Position numbers and translations under genes: made by a program
Shown here: piece by piece, positions 32,910 to 43,324 of the stretch
Position numbering within the stretch: the stretch's first letter is position 1
Layout of the letters: the number at the start of each line of letters is the position of its first letter
The notes under the pieces: model-generated
Databases searched by the model: none
What the model was told of the DNA's origin: nothing
Seen by the model: the letters and a program-made list of their open reading frames with translations, nothing else
Assembly (NCBI GenBank): GCA_963678315.1
Contig: OY782781.1
Span: 1,056,001-1,120,000 of the forward strand
Reading direction: 5' to 3'
Length of the DNA: 64,000 bases
Origin: Candidatus Cloacimonadales bacterium
GTDB lineage: Bacteria > Cloacimonadota > Cloacimonadia > Cloacimonadales > JAFGVF01

Positions 32910-33540
32910 TCTACTTTTCCCGCCTGTTTGCATCCATTGTGGTAAGTCTATTGATAAGCAATCAGACTTCTTATGCCCTGCTTGTATTGAGAAGATTGAT
33001 TTTTCTTATCCCTTGTTAGAGAAAGCCGATTTGGATGTAGCTTACGATTATCTTATAAGCGTTTGTTGTTATAGAAAAGTTGTTGTATCAATAGTTCATG
33101 AGCTTAAATACTACGGATTATCCTCAATTAGTCGCTTTATCGCTAAGCTAATGTATGATAGGATATTTGAAAGTAATTTAAATCTTGACTTTGATATAAT
33201 AACAACTGTACCCTTGCATTTTGTGAAAGAGAAAGAACGTGGTTATAATCAAGCATCATTGATTGCCAAGGACTTAGCCTCTTTATTTACTTGTGAATTT
33301 AACGGTGATATTCTAAAAAGAACTAGTTATACAACATCACAAGCAACTCTTGAACATGATGAAAGACTTAAAAATCTAAAAAATGCTTTTAAGTTAAAGA
33401 AAAATATTGACTTAAATAATAAAACTATAGTTTTGTTAGATGATGTATTCACAACAGGAACTACTGTTAATGAATGCTGTAGGGAGCTTAGAAAAGCTAA
33501 CCCTAAAAAAATAATTATACTTACATTAGGAAGAGCGTGA
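32842..33540 (+). CDS. comF: ComF-family phosphoribosyltransferase-like protein (start uncertain)
   Basis: CxxC...CxxC zinc ribbon, RGYNQ, LLDDVFTTGTT. Confidence 0.88.
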   Translation: MKRLLNLKTVKQSLLQSRSSLSNLLFPPVCIHCGKSIDKQSDFLCPACIEKIDFSYPLLEKADLDVAYDYLISVCCYRKVVVSIVHELKYYGLSSISRFIAKLMYDRIFESNLNLDFDIITTVPLHFVKEKERGYNQASLIAKDLASLFTCEFNGDILKRTSYTTSQATLEHDERLKNLKNAFKLKKNIDLNNKTIVLLDDVFTTGTTVNECCRELRKANPKKIIILTLGRA

Positions 33541-33908
33541 AAGACCTTATAGTTAATATACCAGAAGAAAGAGCAGTTGAACTCATTGAGAAGGCTGCCC
33601 GATTTATTGTAGAAAGAAACATGGCAGCTCCTGCACTTATTGCTACGGAGATGTTCATGCCTTTAAATCATATTGGAAGCCAACTTATGTATTTTGTGCT
33701 TCCGGTTGCTGAATTCATTTTTGACTCTAAGTCTTATCAAGAATTTGCTGCCTTGATTGAAGAGGATAGATATATGAAGATGCTCTCCAAACGTATTGAT
33801 GAATTAGATTTAGAACTTTATAAAGATAAATATAAAAAAAGAAGACAAAAGAAGATGCAAAGAAGAAAGAGACTTCGTAAAATCTTCTTGTTCTGGAAAA
33901 AAGATTAG
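33537..33908 (+). CDS. Hypothetical protein with basic C-terminal tail
   Basis: ORF overlaps the comF stop (GTGA) and lies in the same operon-like run; no motif recognised. Confidence 0.7.
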   Translation: MKDLIVNIPEERAVELIEKAARFIVERNMAAPALIATEMFMPLNHIGSQLMYFVLPVAEFIFDSKSYQEFAALIEEDRYMKMLSKRIDELDLELYKDKYKKRRQKKMQRRKRLRKIFLFWKKD

Positions 33909-33919
33909 AATTATTATAA

Positions 33920-35797
33920 ATGGAGGAAAGAATGCAGTACGCGAAAGAAAAATTGACTCGTATTATCGCAACAGACTGTGGTTCGACTACTACTAAAGCT
34001 ATCATGATAGAATATGTAGATGGTGAATACCGTCAAACTGTTCGTGGTGAAGCTCCAACAACTGTGGAAGCTCCCCTAAATGATGTTACTCGTGGTGTAC
34101 TTAATGCTGTAACTGAGCTTCAAGAATTGGCTCGTCTTAAATACAACAATCCAAATATTAAACTTATTGAGGATAACAAGTTAATCATTCCTAAGAATGG
34201 TGACATTGGTTCAGATGCTTATGTTTCTACATCATCTGCTGGTGGTGGTCTTCAAATGATGGTTACTGGTGTTGTTGCTAAAATGACTGGTGAATCTGCT
34301 GAACGTGCGGCTCTTGGTGCTGGTGCTATCGTTATGGATCTTATAGCTAGTAATGATACAAGAATGGACCATGAAAAAATTGAAAGAATTAGACAGTTAC
34401 GTCCTGATATGATCCTTATGGCTGGTCATACAGATAATGCTACTAGTAATAAGCATGTTGTTGAAATGGCTGAGTTGGTTGGTGCTGCAGACCCTAAACC
34501 TCGTTTAGGCTCAAGTTATAAACTTCCTGTTATCTATGCAGGTACTAAACAAGCTCATGAAGAAATCAAAGCTACATTAGGTGAAAAAGTTGACTTGATG
34601 ATTACTGATAACTTAAGACCTACTCTTGAAGCTGAAAACCTCGGACCTGCTCGTGATGAAATTCATGAAATCTTCATGGAACACGTTATGCAGCAAGCTC
34701 CTGGTTATAACAAGCTTATGGCATGGACAGTTGGTCCAGATTTAAAACCTGTTCCAATTATGCCTACACCTGCTGCTGTGGGTAACATTATGCAAACTAT
34801 TGCTAAACAAGAGAACATCGAGGTTCTTGGTGTTGATATCGGTGGTGCTACAACTGACGTATTCTCAGTGTTCACTAAAGACTTCATCTTCAACAGAACT
34901 GTGTCTGCTAACTTAGGTATGAGTTATAGTATCTCAAATGTTTTAGCTTCTGCTGGACTTGATAACATTCTCCGTTGGGTTCCTTTCGATATCGATGTGA
35001 AAGAACTTAGAAACATGATTAAGAATAAGATGATTCGTCCAACTACTATCCCTGCTCTTTTCCAAGAACTTGTTTTAGAACAAGCTATTGCTAAAGAAGC
35101 TCTTAGATTGGCTTTCATCCAACATAAAGAATTTGCTGTATCTCTTAAAGGTACTCAAAAGAACACTGATATCTCTGAAGCATTCTCTCAATCAGAATCT
35201 GGAGATACTATTGTTAATATGACTACTCTTGACCTTCTTGTTGGTTCAGGTGGTGTGCTTTCTCACGCTCCTAGAAGAAACCAAACTATGATGATGCTAA
35301 TCGATGCTTTCTTACCTGAAGGTGTTACTAGATTAGCTGTGGACTCTATCTTTATGATGCCTCATCTTGGTGTTCTTGCTGAAATCAATGCAGAAGCTGC
35401 TACAGAAGTGTTCAATAAAGACTGTATGATTTACTTAGGTTCATGTGTTGCTCCTATTGGTAAATGCAAAGAAGGTAAGATTGCCCTAGAAGCTGAAATA
35501 ACTCTTCCAGACGGTACAAAATTCAATGAACAAATCCCATTTGGTGAAGTTAGACTTTTACCATGTGGAATTGGTCAAAAAGCTAAAGCTAAATTAAAAC
35601 CTGGTAGAGGTCTTGATTTAGGTGCTGGTAAAAACCAAGAACTTGATACAGAACTCATGGGTGGAGCTGTTGGTATCGTACTTGATACTCGTGGAAGACG
35701 TCCATTTGTGTTACCTGTTGAAACTAGCGAACGTGTTCCTCGTCTCCTTAAATGGATGAAAGAATTCGACGCATATCCACAAGAACTGTTGAAATAG
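33920..35797 (+). CDS. GlmL/MutL (glutamate mutase L)-like ASKHA-fold ATPase
   Basis: TDCGSTTTK and VDIGGATTDVFS phosphate motifs, SSAGGGL, MPTP, RTVSANLGM, GSGGVL. Confidence 0.8.
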   Translation: MEERMQYAKEKLTRIIATDCGSTTTKAIMIEYVDGEYRQTVRGEAPTTVEAPLNDVTRGVLNAVTELQELARLKYNNPNIKLIEDNKLIIPKNGDIGSDAYVSTSSAGGGLQMMVTGVVAKMTGESAERAALGAGAIVMDLIASNDTRMDHEKIERIRQLRPDMILMAGHTDNATSNKHVVEMAELVGAADPKPRLGSSYKLPVIYAGTKQAHEEIKATLGEKVDLMITDNLRPTLEAENLGPARDEIHEIFMEHVMQQAPGYNKLMAWTVGPDLKPVPIMPTPAAVGNIMQTIAKQENIEVLGVDIGGATTDVFSVFTKDFIFNRTVSANLGMSYSISNVLASAGLDNILRWVPFDIDVKELRNMIKNKMIRPTTIPALFQELVLEQAIAKEALRLAFIQHKEFAVSLKGTQKNTDISEAFSQSESGDTIVNMTTLDLLVGSGGVLSHAPRRNQTMMMLIDAFLPEGVTRLAVDSIFMMPHLGVLAEINAEAATEVFNKDCMIYLGSCVAPIGKCKEGKIALEAEITLPDGTKFNEQIPFGEVRLLPCGIGQKAKAKLKPGRGLDLGAGKNQELDTELMGGAVGIVLDTRGRRPFVLPVETSERVPRLLKWMKEFDAYPQELLK

Positions 35798-35808
35798 GAG
35801 GAATTAGA

Positions 35809-36942
35809 ATGGCACAAGCATATTCAGCTGGATTGACAGTTACAGATAATATTGTTTTAAAAAAAGATAGAATTTTACCTCTTAAAGGTAAAGTATTAGT
35901 TAAAAAAGGTGATAAAGTTAAAGCAGAACAGTTTGTTGCTGAAACTTTCTTACCTGGTAATGTTGTTCCTTTTAAGGTTGCTAATAAATTAGGTGTTACA
36001 CCTCAAATGTTAACTCAATTCTTAAAAGTTAAAGCAGGTGACATAATTAAGAAAGGGCAAATTATTGCAGAGACAAAAGGTCTTTTCGGAACAGGTTTAT
36101 TTAAAGCTTCAGTTAAATCACCAATAGAAGGTGAAGTAGAAAGTATCTCTTCTGCTACTGGTAATGCAGTTCTTAGAGAACCAAGAATACCTGTTCAAAT
36201 TAAAGCTTTTATCGATGGTATTGTTACAGAAGTTATACCTGATGAAGGTGTTGTAATTGAAAATAGATCTGCTTATATCCAAGGCATTTTCGGGCTTGCA
36301 GGTGAAACTACTGGTGAGATCAAAGTTCTTGCTAAATCACCAGAAGATCACTTAGAACCATCAATGATAACTCCAGATTGTAAAGGTAAAATCATTGTTG
36401 CTGGTGCTCTTTGCCCACTCGAATCAATCATGAAAGCAAAAGAAGTTGGTGTTTCAGCTATCGTTGCTGGTGGTGTTGATGACCAAGATCTTAAAAAGAT
36501 GCTAGGTTACGATATTGGTGTGGCTATTACAGGTCATGAAAAAATAGGTGTAACTATCGTTGCTACTGAAGGTTTCGGTCCTATCAATATGGCTCATAAT
36601 ACTTTTGAACTTCTCAAAAAGTTTAATGGTCATAAAGCATCTATTCACGGTAAAACTCAAATCCGTGCTGGTGTTATGAGACCTGAAATTATCATTCCTT
36701 TACCACTTGGAGAAGAAGAGCTTGTTGCTAAAGAAGCTGAAATGGCTACTCTTGAAATCGGTTCTCTTATCCGTGTTATTAGACAGCCTAACTTTGGTAA
36801 AATTGGTAGAATTACTGAATTACCAGAACCATTAACTAAAGTTGAATCAGAAACTCTTGTTCGTGTTCTTAAAGCTAAATTAGATAGCGGAGAAGAAGTT
36901 CTTATTCCTCGTGCTAATGTTGAGGTTATTGAAGAAAACTAA
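35809..36942 (+). CDS. Uncharacterised protein with barrel-sandwich-hybrid-like repeats and a C-terminal KOW/SH3-like domain
   Basis: VKKGDKV, VKAGDII, SPIEGEV, AFIDGIV; C-terminal IRVIRQPNFGKIGRI; AGGAGG RBS. Confidence 0.7.
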   Translation: MAQAYSAGLTVTDNIVLKKDRILPLKGKVLVKKGDKVKAEQFVAETFLPGNVVPFKVANKLGVTPQMLTQFLKVKAGDIIKKGQIIAETKGLFGTGLFKASVKSPIEGEVESISSATGNAVLREPRIPVQIKAFIDGIVTEVIPDEGVVIENRSAYIQGIFGLAGETTGEIKVLAKSPEDHLEPSMITPDCKGKIIVAGALCPLESIMKAKEVGVSAIVAGGVDDQDLKKMLGYDIGVAITGHEKIGVTIVATEGFGPINMAHNTFELLKKFNGHKASIHGKTQIRAGVMRPEIIIPLPLGEEELVAKEAEMATLEIGSLIRVIRQPNFGKIGRITELPEPLTKVESETLVRVLKAKLDSGEEVLIPRANVEVIEEN

Positions 36943-36967
36943 GATTTATATAATCATAAAATATATT

Positions 36968-36997
36968 GAGAGACTAGCAATAGTCTCTCTTTTTTTT
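36968..36997 (+). terminator. Intrinsic terminator
   Basis: GAGAGACTA-gcaa-TAGTCTCTC followed by T8. Confidence 0.9.
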
Positions 36998-37027
36998 GAT
37001 GAAAAGCATGGACTTACACTCCATTAT

Positions 37028-37344
37028 CTGAGACGTTTTTCCGAACGTCTCTACAGCATCCCCAGTTTACACAAAAATTTACTTTTCTGGTTTATCCTGC
37101 AAAGTCGGAACGCCATCGTCCCTGATGGTTAAACCTACGAAAGTAGGTTATAATGAGATTTAAATATATGTTAGCATATATTTAAATACAAAAGCCAGCA
37201 CGGAGGAGGCTGGCGATCCCAGTTTGTATGGTTACACTCCCTCTTGAGACGTTTTTCCAAACGTCTCTACAAATTCACTTCTAACTCCGTCCTTACTTGC
37301 CACCTTGAAAAAAAGCCGATTTTTCAATGAGGCTAGTAAGGGTG
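37028..37344 (-). repeat. Repeat mosaic between convergent genes
   Basis: Two GAGACGTTTTTCC(G/A)AACGTCTCTAC (GTAG-REP on the minus strand), GGAACGCCATC-GATGG variant, REP at 37194-37223, CCTTGAAAAA palindrome. Confidence 0.8.
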
Positions 37345-37395
37345 ACCTATATAACAAGACAATTAGGCTGTTTCAGGGAAATATATTGAGCAATG

Positions 37396-37423
37396 AAAAA
37401 AGAGCCCAGATTATTCTAGGCTC
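37396..37423 (-). terminator. Intrinsic terminator of the C25 peptidase gene
   Basis: Minus strand: GAGCCTAGA...TCTGGGCTC followed by T6. Confidence 0.75.
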
Positions 37424-37452
37424 AATAATTTATAATTAATGAAATAGGGCTA

Positions 37453-40400
37453 CTATTTCATAAGAATCATTTTCTTTGTAGAAGAGTATTTTCCAGATTT
37501 CATTCTGTAGAAGAATAAACCTGAAGCTACCTTTTTACCATTATCATTTTGACCATTCCAAACAACTGTATGATTACCAGCTTCCATATTTTCATTTACA
37601 AGACTTCTAACCTTTTGTCCCTTAACATTGAAGATATCAATAGAAACAGGGCCGTTTTCTTTAGTTGAGAAAACTATTCTTGTTTCTGGGTTGAATGGGT
37701 TAGGGTAATTTCCACCAAGCGTAGTTGGTGTTTCAACAAGAGATTCTTCAGCATTTGGAGTTACATTAGAAATGTTATAGTAGCCAGTTCTTTGGTAGTT
37801 ATTTCTGTAGGTAGTCCATTTAGAAGTTTCTTCATTGTAATCTACTTTTAGGTTAACTAAGCCAAGACCTTGAGTATATCCAAGGGCAATATTAAGAAAA
37901 CCATCACTATTTATATCTCCCAATGTTGCTGGAGTTTGTGAACTTAAGTTTGAATAGAAAGGATAGTTTGGAAGCATATTTCCATCATTTCCATATACAT
38001 ATATTGCATTGTTACCATCAAAACAAATAAGTTCTGGAAGTAAATCGTTGTTTACATCAGCTGACAATGGAGCAGAATAAGAGCTTGTTGACATTTGCTG
38101 AGGGAAACCATTAAAGATAGAACCATCTTCAGAAACAATATATACTTTTTTGTTTGTTGTAATAAAGGCATAATCAGCTAGATTATTATTATTAAAGTTA
38201 TTAGCAATAATATCAACAGGGTTACCATTTGTTTCAACTGAGTGTTGTAGTTGACCAGAATAATTATAAATCTTTAAACTATTTTGAGAAGCAAATGCAA
38301 AAGAGTTATTAGTTATTACAATTGAAGAATTAATGCTTTCACCAGTTTCAACAGGATAATTATCTAATTCATTAGCTTGACCATTAATGGCATGAATCTT
38401 AGAGTCTGCAGTTGTGAATACAATATCATTAGAACCATCATTATCAAGATCGGCAATAGCTAAATCATAGATAGTGAAAGCATCAAGCTGTAGAGGGAAA
38501 TTATTTAATTCTGTACCATTAAAATCAAGGGCATGTAGATATTTATCGTGGTCTATAGCCAATACTTCCATTTGACCATCGTTGTTTATATCTGCAATAA
38601 CTGGTGAAACAATAAATATATTGTTAGCTTCAAAAGTGAATAAAACATCTCCACCGATTTCTTGTAAAATTAGGTGGTTAGTTCTAGAAGTTGTAGCAAT
38701 TAGATATTGGTCATCATCTTGATAAAGAGCATAATCTCTAAAGATATTTTGTTGTTGAGCTGAGTTTTGTTCATAGATAACCTCACCATTAAAATCTAAC
38801 AATTTAATGTTTCCATAAGTATCAACATAAAGCACTTCATTAGTTCCATCATTGTTATAATCAATATAACTTGCAGATGATCTTGTACCAACACTTGATT
38901 CCCATGGGAAGTTATTTGACATTAGAGTTATGCTGAAATATTGACTGTATTTATTAAAGAAAATTGATTCGTTAGCGCTATTAAATCCTTCAACAACTAG
39001 ATTGTAGCTGAAATCATCAAAAGCTATATTTTCAGGAACTAAGAATTTGATTCTATTTGTTTCAGTTGTGGAGCTAGAACCACTATTGATAGCTCCAAGT
39101 GTTGTTTGTGCATTTAAAATCTCAAATCTATCATCTAAACCTTCTATAGAAATTTCAACACTTTCAACACCAGCCCAACCTGCTAAGTTTTCTAGAGTAA
39201 TATTAAGTTCAATAGTTTCTGTAGGGTTAATGTTTCCATCATTATCACCGATAACATCATCATATTCAACATCAGTAACATCAAGATAAGCAATTTCTGT
39301 ATTGAAGTCTTTAACAGATATAGAAGGATCTCCAAACATAACAAGTTCATAATAACACCAAAGCATAGCATTATTATCTAAAGCTGAGTCAGCATTATCA
39401 ACAAGGCAATATGAATGAGCCTTTCCAAGTTCTTTTATATCTTCTTCAAACAATGCGTCAAAGAATGAACGATCGAAGAATTGTGAAGCTCCATCAGTTG
39501 AACCAGGCCAATACCAGCCATAACGTGTGTTTCCAATGAAAGTGTGTAGTCCATGTTCTGCAATGATAAAGTGTTCCGCAACTGATTCGCTATCACCAGA
39601 AGTTCCACCACTAGTAGCTGTGTCAAAGGCAGCAGGATAGCAACCTTGAGTGAATAAGAAGCCGTATTGAGTATTAGTCAGCATTGAACTTATGCTAGAT
39701 CCATTTAGTCCACAAACAGTGTTCTCATTAGCATGGCCCATGTGATTCATGATAGTTGCACCTGAGTTGATTGCAGCCATAACTTCAGGAGAAGAAAAGT
39801 TACCATCTCTTTGGTAATTAGTTCTAATCTCATAGTCTGAAGGCATTCTATCAACTATCTCATCTTTATAATCTCCACCCCATGTAACAGGATTATTATT
39901 AAGGTTTTCACCAAACATGTTAGCAATGTTATCACCAAAATTAACATTATCTACATAAGAATATATTTTATTAAAGTAATTGTTGAATTCTGTTGGACTT
40001 TCAGCCGGTATTCTACCTACAGAAAGTTCAGGATAAAGGTCAACATCATCATTCCATTCTCCATAAACACTATTTCCGTTAGCATTCCAATCTCCATCAA
40101 GGCAACCATAATAAAGGTCACAAGGAATACTGTAATCAACGTGATCACCTACGTTTCCCCAAGCACCTCTTATAGGAATAATCTCATCGTCACCACCTAA
40201 TAGAACATATTCAAGTGGTGTGTCAGTGCTAGCCCAAGTATTGTAGGCATCAGTGATGAATCCACGGAGCATTGTTTGAAAATCATAGCCAGGATAGTAC
40301 ATTGCAATTTCTTCTAATGTATAAACTGCAGTAGGTGTATTATGGTTGTTCTTCCACTCTACAAATTCAGAAAAGATGTCTTCATGGTCTTCATCAGTTA

Positions 40401-41058
40401 AAATAATCATTTGCTTAGGTGTAGAAAGATCCATATTCTTTGGAGAAGAATAAGTTGTTTTAGAATAAGATTTAACAGCTTCTTTATTATAGAAATTACT
40501 GTTTAGCTTTTTTTCTACTAAATCAAATTTAGTAGGTAAAGTATTAGAGTTGATTTTAGCAGATTCAGAAGTAATAATTTCTATCTCAACATTCTCATAA
40601 GATTTAAGTGTCTTTTCAATTGGATTGTATTTGTAAGGATATAAGTTTATAATTGCGAAACGGTAACCATTCATTGTTTGAATACTTAGAAGTTTATAAT
40701 CATTATATGGAAAATCTTTATTATTGCTATATATATCTAAGTTCTTAGCTGTGCTTGGTACAGCATTAGAAGAAGTAGGTTGTTGTTGCAATGCATGTGG
40801 AAGCTCGATATTATTTCTAATGCTTTTAACTTCATTGAAATTTAGCTGAATTGAATCAATCGTCTCAGTAGGCTTTAGTAAGACTCTGATTGGCATATAA
40901 GGTACAAGGGGATCTCCAGGATTCATCATTAAAGGTAAATCTTTTGTGAATCTATCACCTTTTATCTTTGGTTGTTCAATCTGTAAATTTAAGTTAATAT
41001 TTCCTAAAAGGGTTAAAACAAGTGTCGTTAAGCATAGAACCAATATCAGTTTTTTCAT
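37453..41058 (-). CDS. C25 (gingipain-like) cysteine peptidase with propeptide, FG-GAP-like repeats and C-terminal sorting domain
   Basis: VLLGGD, DLYY, VGRIP, catalytic His in NHMGHA and Cys in QGCY, FGDPS; DxNxDG repeats; NYPNPFNPET...KKMILMK. Confidence 0.88.
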   Translation of the reverse strand: MKKLILVLCLTTLVLTLLGNINLNLQIEQPKIKGDRFTKDLPLMMNPGDPLVPYMPIRVLLKPTETIDSIQLNFNEVKSIRNNIELPHALQQQPTSSNAVPSTAKNLDIYSNNKDFPYNDYKLLSIQTMNGYRFAIINLYPYKYNPIEKTLKSYENVEIEIITSESAKINSNTLPTKFDLVEKKLNSNFYNKEAVKSYSKTTYSSPKNMDLSTPKQMIILTDEDHEDIFSEFVEWKNNHNTPTAVYTLEEIAMYYPGYDFQTMLRGFITDAYNTWASTDTPLEYVLLGGDDEIIPIRGAWGNVGDHVDYSIPCDLYYGCLDGDWNANGNSVYGEWNDDVDLYPELSVGRIPAESPTEFNNYFNKIYSYVDNVNFGDNIANMFGENLNNNPVTWGGDYKDEIVDRMPSDYEIRTNYQRDGNFSSPEVMAAINSGATIMNHMGHANENTVCGLNGSSISSMLTNTQYGFLFTQGCYPAAFDTATSGGTSGDSESVAEHFIIAEHGLHTFIGNTRYGWYWPGSTDGASQFFDRSFFDALFEEDIKELGKAHSYCLVDNADSALDNNAMLWCYYELVMFGDPSISVKDFNTEIAYLDVTDVEYDDVIGDNDGNINPTETIELNITLENLAGWAGVESVEISIEGLDDRFEILNAQTTLGAINSGSSSTTETNRIKFLVPENIAFDDFSYNLVVEGFNSANESIFFNKYSQYFSITLMSNNFPWESSVGTRSSASYIDYNNDGTNEVLYVDTYGNIKLLDFNGEVIYEQNSAQQQNIFRDYALYQDDDQYLIATTSRTNHLILQEIGGDVLFTFEANNIFIVSPVIADINNDGQMEVLAIDHDKYLHALDFNGTELNNFPLQLDAFTIYDLAIADLDNDGSNDIVFTTADSKIHAINGQANELDNYPVETGESINSSIVITNNSFAFASQNSLKIYNYSGQLQHSVETNGNPVDIIANNFNNNNLADYAFITTNKKVYIVSEDGSIFNGFPQQMSTSSYSAPLSADVNNDLLPELICFDGNNAIYVYGNDGNMLPNYPFYSNLSSQTPATLGDINSDGFLNIALGYTQGLGLVNLKVDYNEETSKWTTYRNNYQRTGYYNISNVTPNAEESLVETPTTLGGNYPNPFNPETRIVFSTKENGPVSIDIFNVKGQKVRSLVNENMEAGNHTVVWNGQNDNGKKVASGLFFYRMKSGKYSSTKKMILMK

Positions 41059-41340
41059 ACATCCTTCCTAATCTATATGTTTTCTTTATATCTTATACAA
41101 GTTGAATTTGATGTAAAGTTGTATCTAGTTAAAGTAACTATATTTATCTCCCAATTACAATAAATTCTTATCACAAAACTTAATAAGTATTTAACTAACT
41201 TAGTAATATTGGTAAGAATAGTTATAAAATGGATATAAATCACATCATCAATATCCCATAAAAATTGTCTTATTGCTTGTAAGTCAAGAAAATAATGAGT
41301 TATTTGTATGATTGTGCAAGAACTGCTGAATTACAGGTCT

Positions 41341-43164
41341 TTATAGGTGTCTTTTAATTGATTCAATGAGCTCGAATTGATTGATTGGTTTGCCAATATA
41401 GTCATCACAACCTGCATTTATGCAGATACCTTTATCTTCAGCTAGAATATTAGCTGTTTGCGCTATGATAGGAGTAACTATTCCTAAAGCCCTTATCTCC
41501 TTGGTAGCATCTATACCTGACATTTTGGGCATCTGGATATCCATTAAAATTGCATCATAGATAAACATAGAAGCCTTCTCGACAGCTTCAAGTCCATCAA
41601 CTGCTCTTTCAACTATGGCACCTTGCTTATCTAACATTTTCTTTATTATGATGTAGTTGAATTTTATATCTTCTGCTACAAGTATCTTAATGTCTTTTAA
41701 TTGTAGGTCAGGGTTTGCCTCTTTTGCTTTAGGCAATGTATCAACTATTTCAACAGATGAGGATATTTTAAAAGAAATGATATTACCATAAGCTTGGTCA
41801 TTATCAATTTTCAAGCCACTACCGATTACTTGTCCAAGTTTGTTCAAAAGAGAATAAGTAAAAGATTGAGGATTCGCTATTTCATTAGAAAAGTTAATGT
41901 TAGAGGAAAGAGCTTTGTGAATAATTTCACTATCAATAGCTTGACCATTATCCTTTATGATTATATTAACCCCTGAATTGATTTCAGTAACATAATTAAT
42001 GGTAATCTTGCCATAATCCATTCTTTTATATGCTTGTAGAACTAATTTCTTTAATAGCAAAGCTATTTTGTCATAATCTGAAACGATGAATATCTTCTTA
42101 CTTCCATCATTCTCAATTCTTAGATCAATCTTCTTTTTATTGATATTTTTAAAATAGTGTTGGACATTTTTAAGAACAGATGATAAGTCAAAGTTAGTAT
42201 AATTTAGTTTAAATGAATCGGTTTCTGTCTTGGAATGGAGGCTTATCTCTTCAATCAAATCTAGTAGTTCTGCACCGCTATCATGTATTTGAGAAAGATC
42301 CGTTTTACATTCTTGTGATATATCATCCTTGTGTAGCAATAGACTTGATAGTCCAATAATTGAGTTTAGTGGAGTTCTTGTATGATGAGACATGTTTTTT
42401 AAGAAGATTTGCTGTAACTCATTTGCCTTCTTCTCTTTTGAATAGGAAACTTTAAGCTCTTTAGTCTTCTCTTCTATCTTTCTATCAAGTTCAATGTTGG
42501 AATTAATCAACAAGTCATTTTTGTCTTCAACTTCTAGTTTTAAAAAGAACTCGTACAATCTATGATATTCAGTAGAATAAGAATTAACAATGAGCATGAT
42601 TAAAGTTGAATAGAAGTATAGATGATTCAGAATTATTAAGTAAGGAGATATGTTAGCATTCATGATTGTAATTTCGAAACCAATAATGAATAGTAAAGAT
42701 CCTACTAGACAGTTGATAAATGATTGCCGGAAAAATACATTTGCTACCAATACAACAATATAGAAACCAAAGAAATAATAGCTTTTATAAATAGTATTAC
42801 TGTACATTATCATAAGCAATATTGAATATCCTGCAGTCAATACAGTAATTCCAATTATTTTATCCCCTAGCTTATTAAAGAAATTATAAAAGGAAGCAAT
42901 AAAGCTTCCAAGACCTAGAAGCATACCAATTATAACTCTTGCTAATACTGCATACCAAAAAATATCATTGATTATAAAGTAATCAGAAATACTAAAGAGC
43001 ATATAAATCACAACAGAAATGATAAGAGCTACTCTGCCGTTTTTAACAAAAGCATCAACTTGTGATTCATGGTACTTATGTTGAATCTGTTTATCTTCAA
43101 ATCTCAGTAACAACTTATTTATTTTAAACTCGTTAGTGAACAATTTTTTGTATAGCGTATTCAT
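41341..43164 (-). CDS. Hybrid sensor kinase/response regulator with a degenerate ATPase domain
   Basis: About 6 TM helices; H-box MSHHTRTPLNSIIG; receiver VAED...MDIQMP...KP. Confidence 0.85.
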   Translation of the reverse strand: MNTLYKKLFTNEFKINKLLLRFEDKQIQHKYHESQVDAFVKNGRVALIISVVIYMLFSISDYFIINDIFWYAVLARVIIGMLLGLGSFIASFYNFFNKLGDKIIGITVLTAGYSILLMIMYSNTIYKSYYFFGFYIVVLVANVFFRQSFINCLVGSLLFIIGFEITIMNANISPYLIILNHLYFYSTLIMLIVNSYSTEYHRLYEFFLKLEVEDKNDLLINSNIELDRKIEEKTKELKVSYSKEKKANELQQIFLKNMSHHTRTPLNSIIGLSSLLLHKDDISQECKTDLSQIHDSGAELLDLIEEISLHSKTETDSFKLNYTNFDLSSVLKNVQHYFKNINKKKIDLRIENDGSKKIFIVSDYDKIALLLKKLVLQAYKRMDYGKITINYVTEINSGVNIIIKDNGQAIDSEIIHKALSSNINFSNEIANPQSFTYSLLNKLGQVIGSGLKIDNDQAYGNIISFKISSSVEIVDTLPKAKEANPDLQLKDIKILVAEDIKFNYIIIKKMLDKQGAIVERAVDGLEAVEKASMFIYDAILMDIQMPKMSGIDATKEIRALGIVTPIIAQTANILAEDKGICINAGCDDYIGKPINQFELIESIKRHL

Positions 43165-43232
43165 AACAAAATAATGTCTTAATTATTTTATTTGGCAAGA
43201 TATTTTTTAGATAAAAATTGTAGTTTTGTTAG

Positions 43233-43265
43233 AAAAAGAGAACTCCAAGCCAATTGAAGTTCTCT
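43233..43265 (-). terminator. Intrinsic terminator of the carboxyltransferase operon
   Basis: AGAGAACT...AGTTCTCT stem with an A run on its left (T tract on the minus strand). Confidence 0.65.
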
Positions 43266-43324
43266 CTATATTCTATACTGAGAAAGATAATTCTCCCAAT
43301 ATTTATGTATTTTGATTGTATAAT

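Noticed and set aside
26876..33540. dprA plus comF as a competence island
   Set aside because: Both are widespread and here sit separately among housekeeping genes, with no uptake genes nearby.
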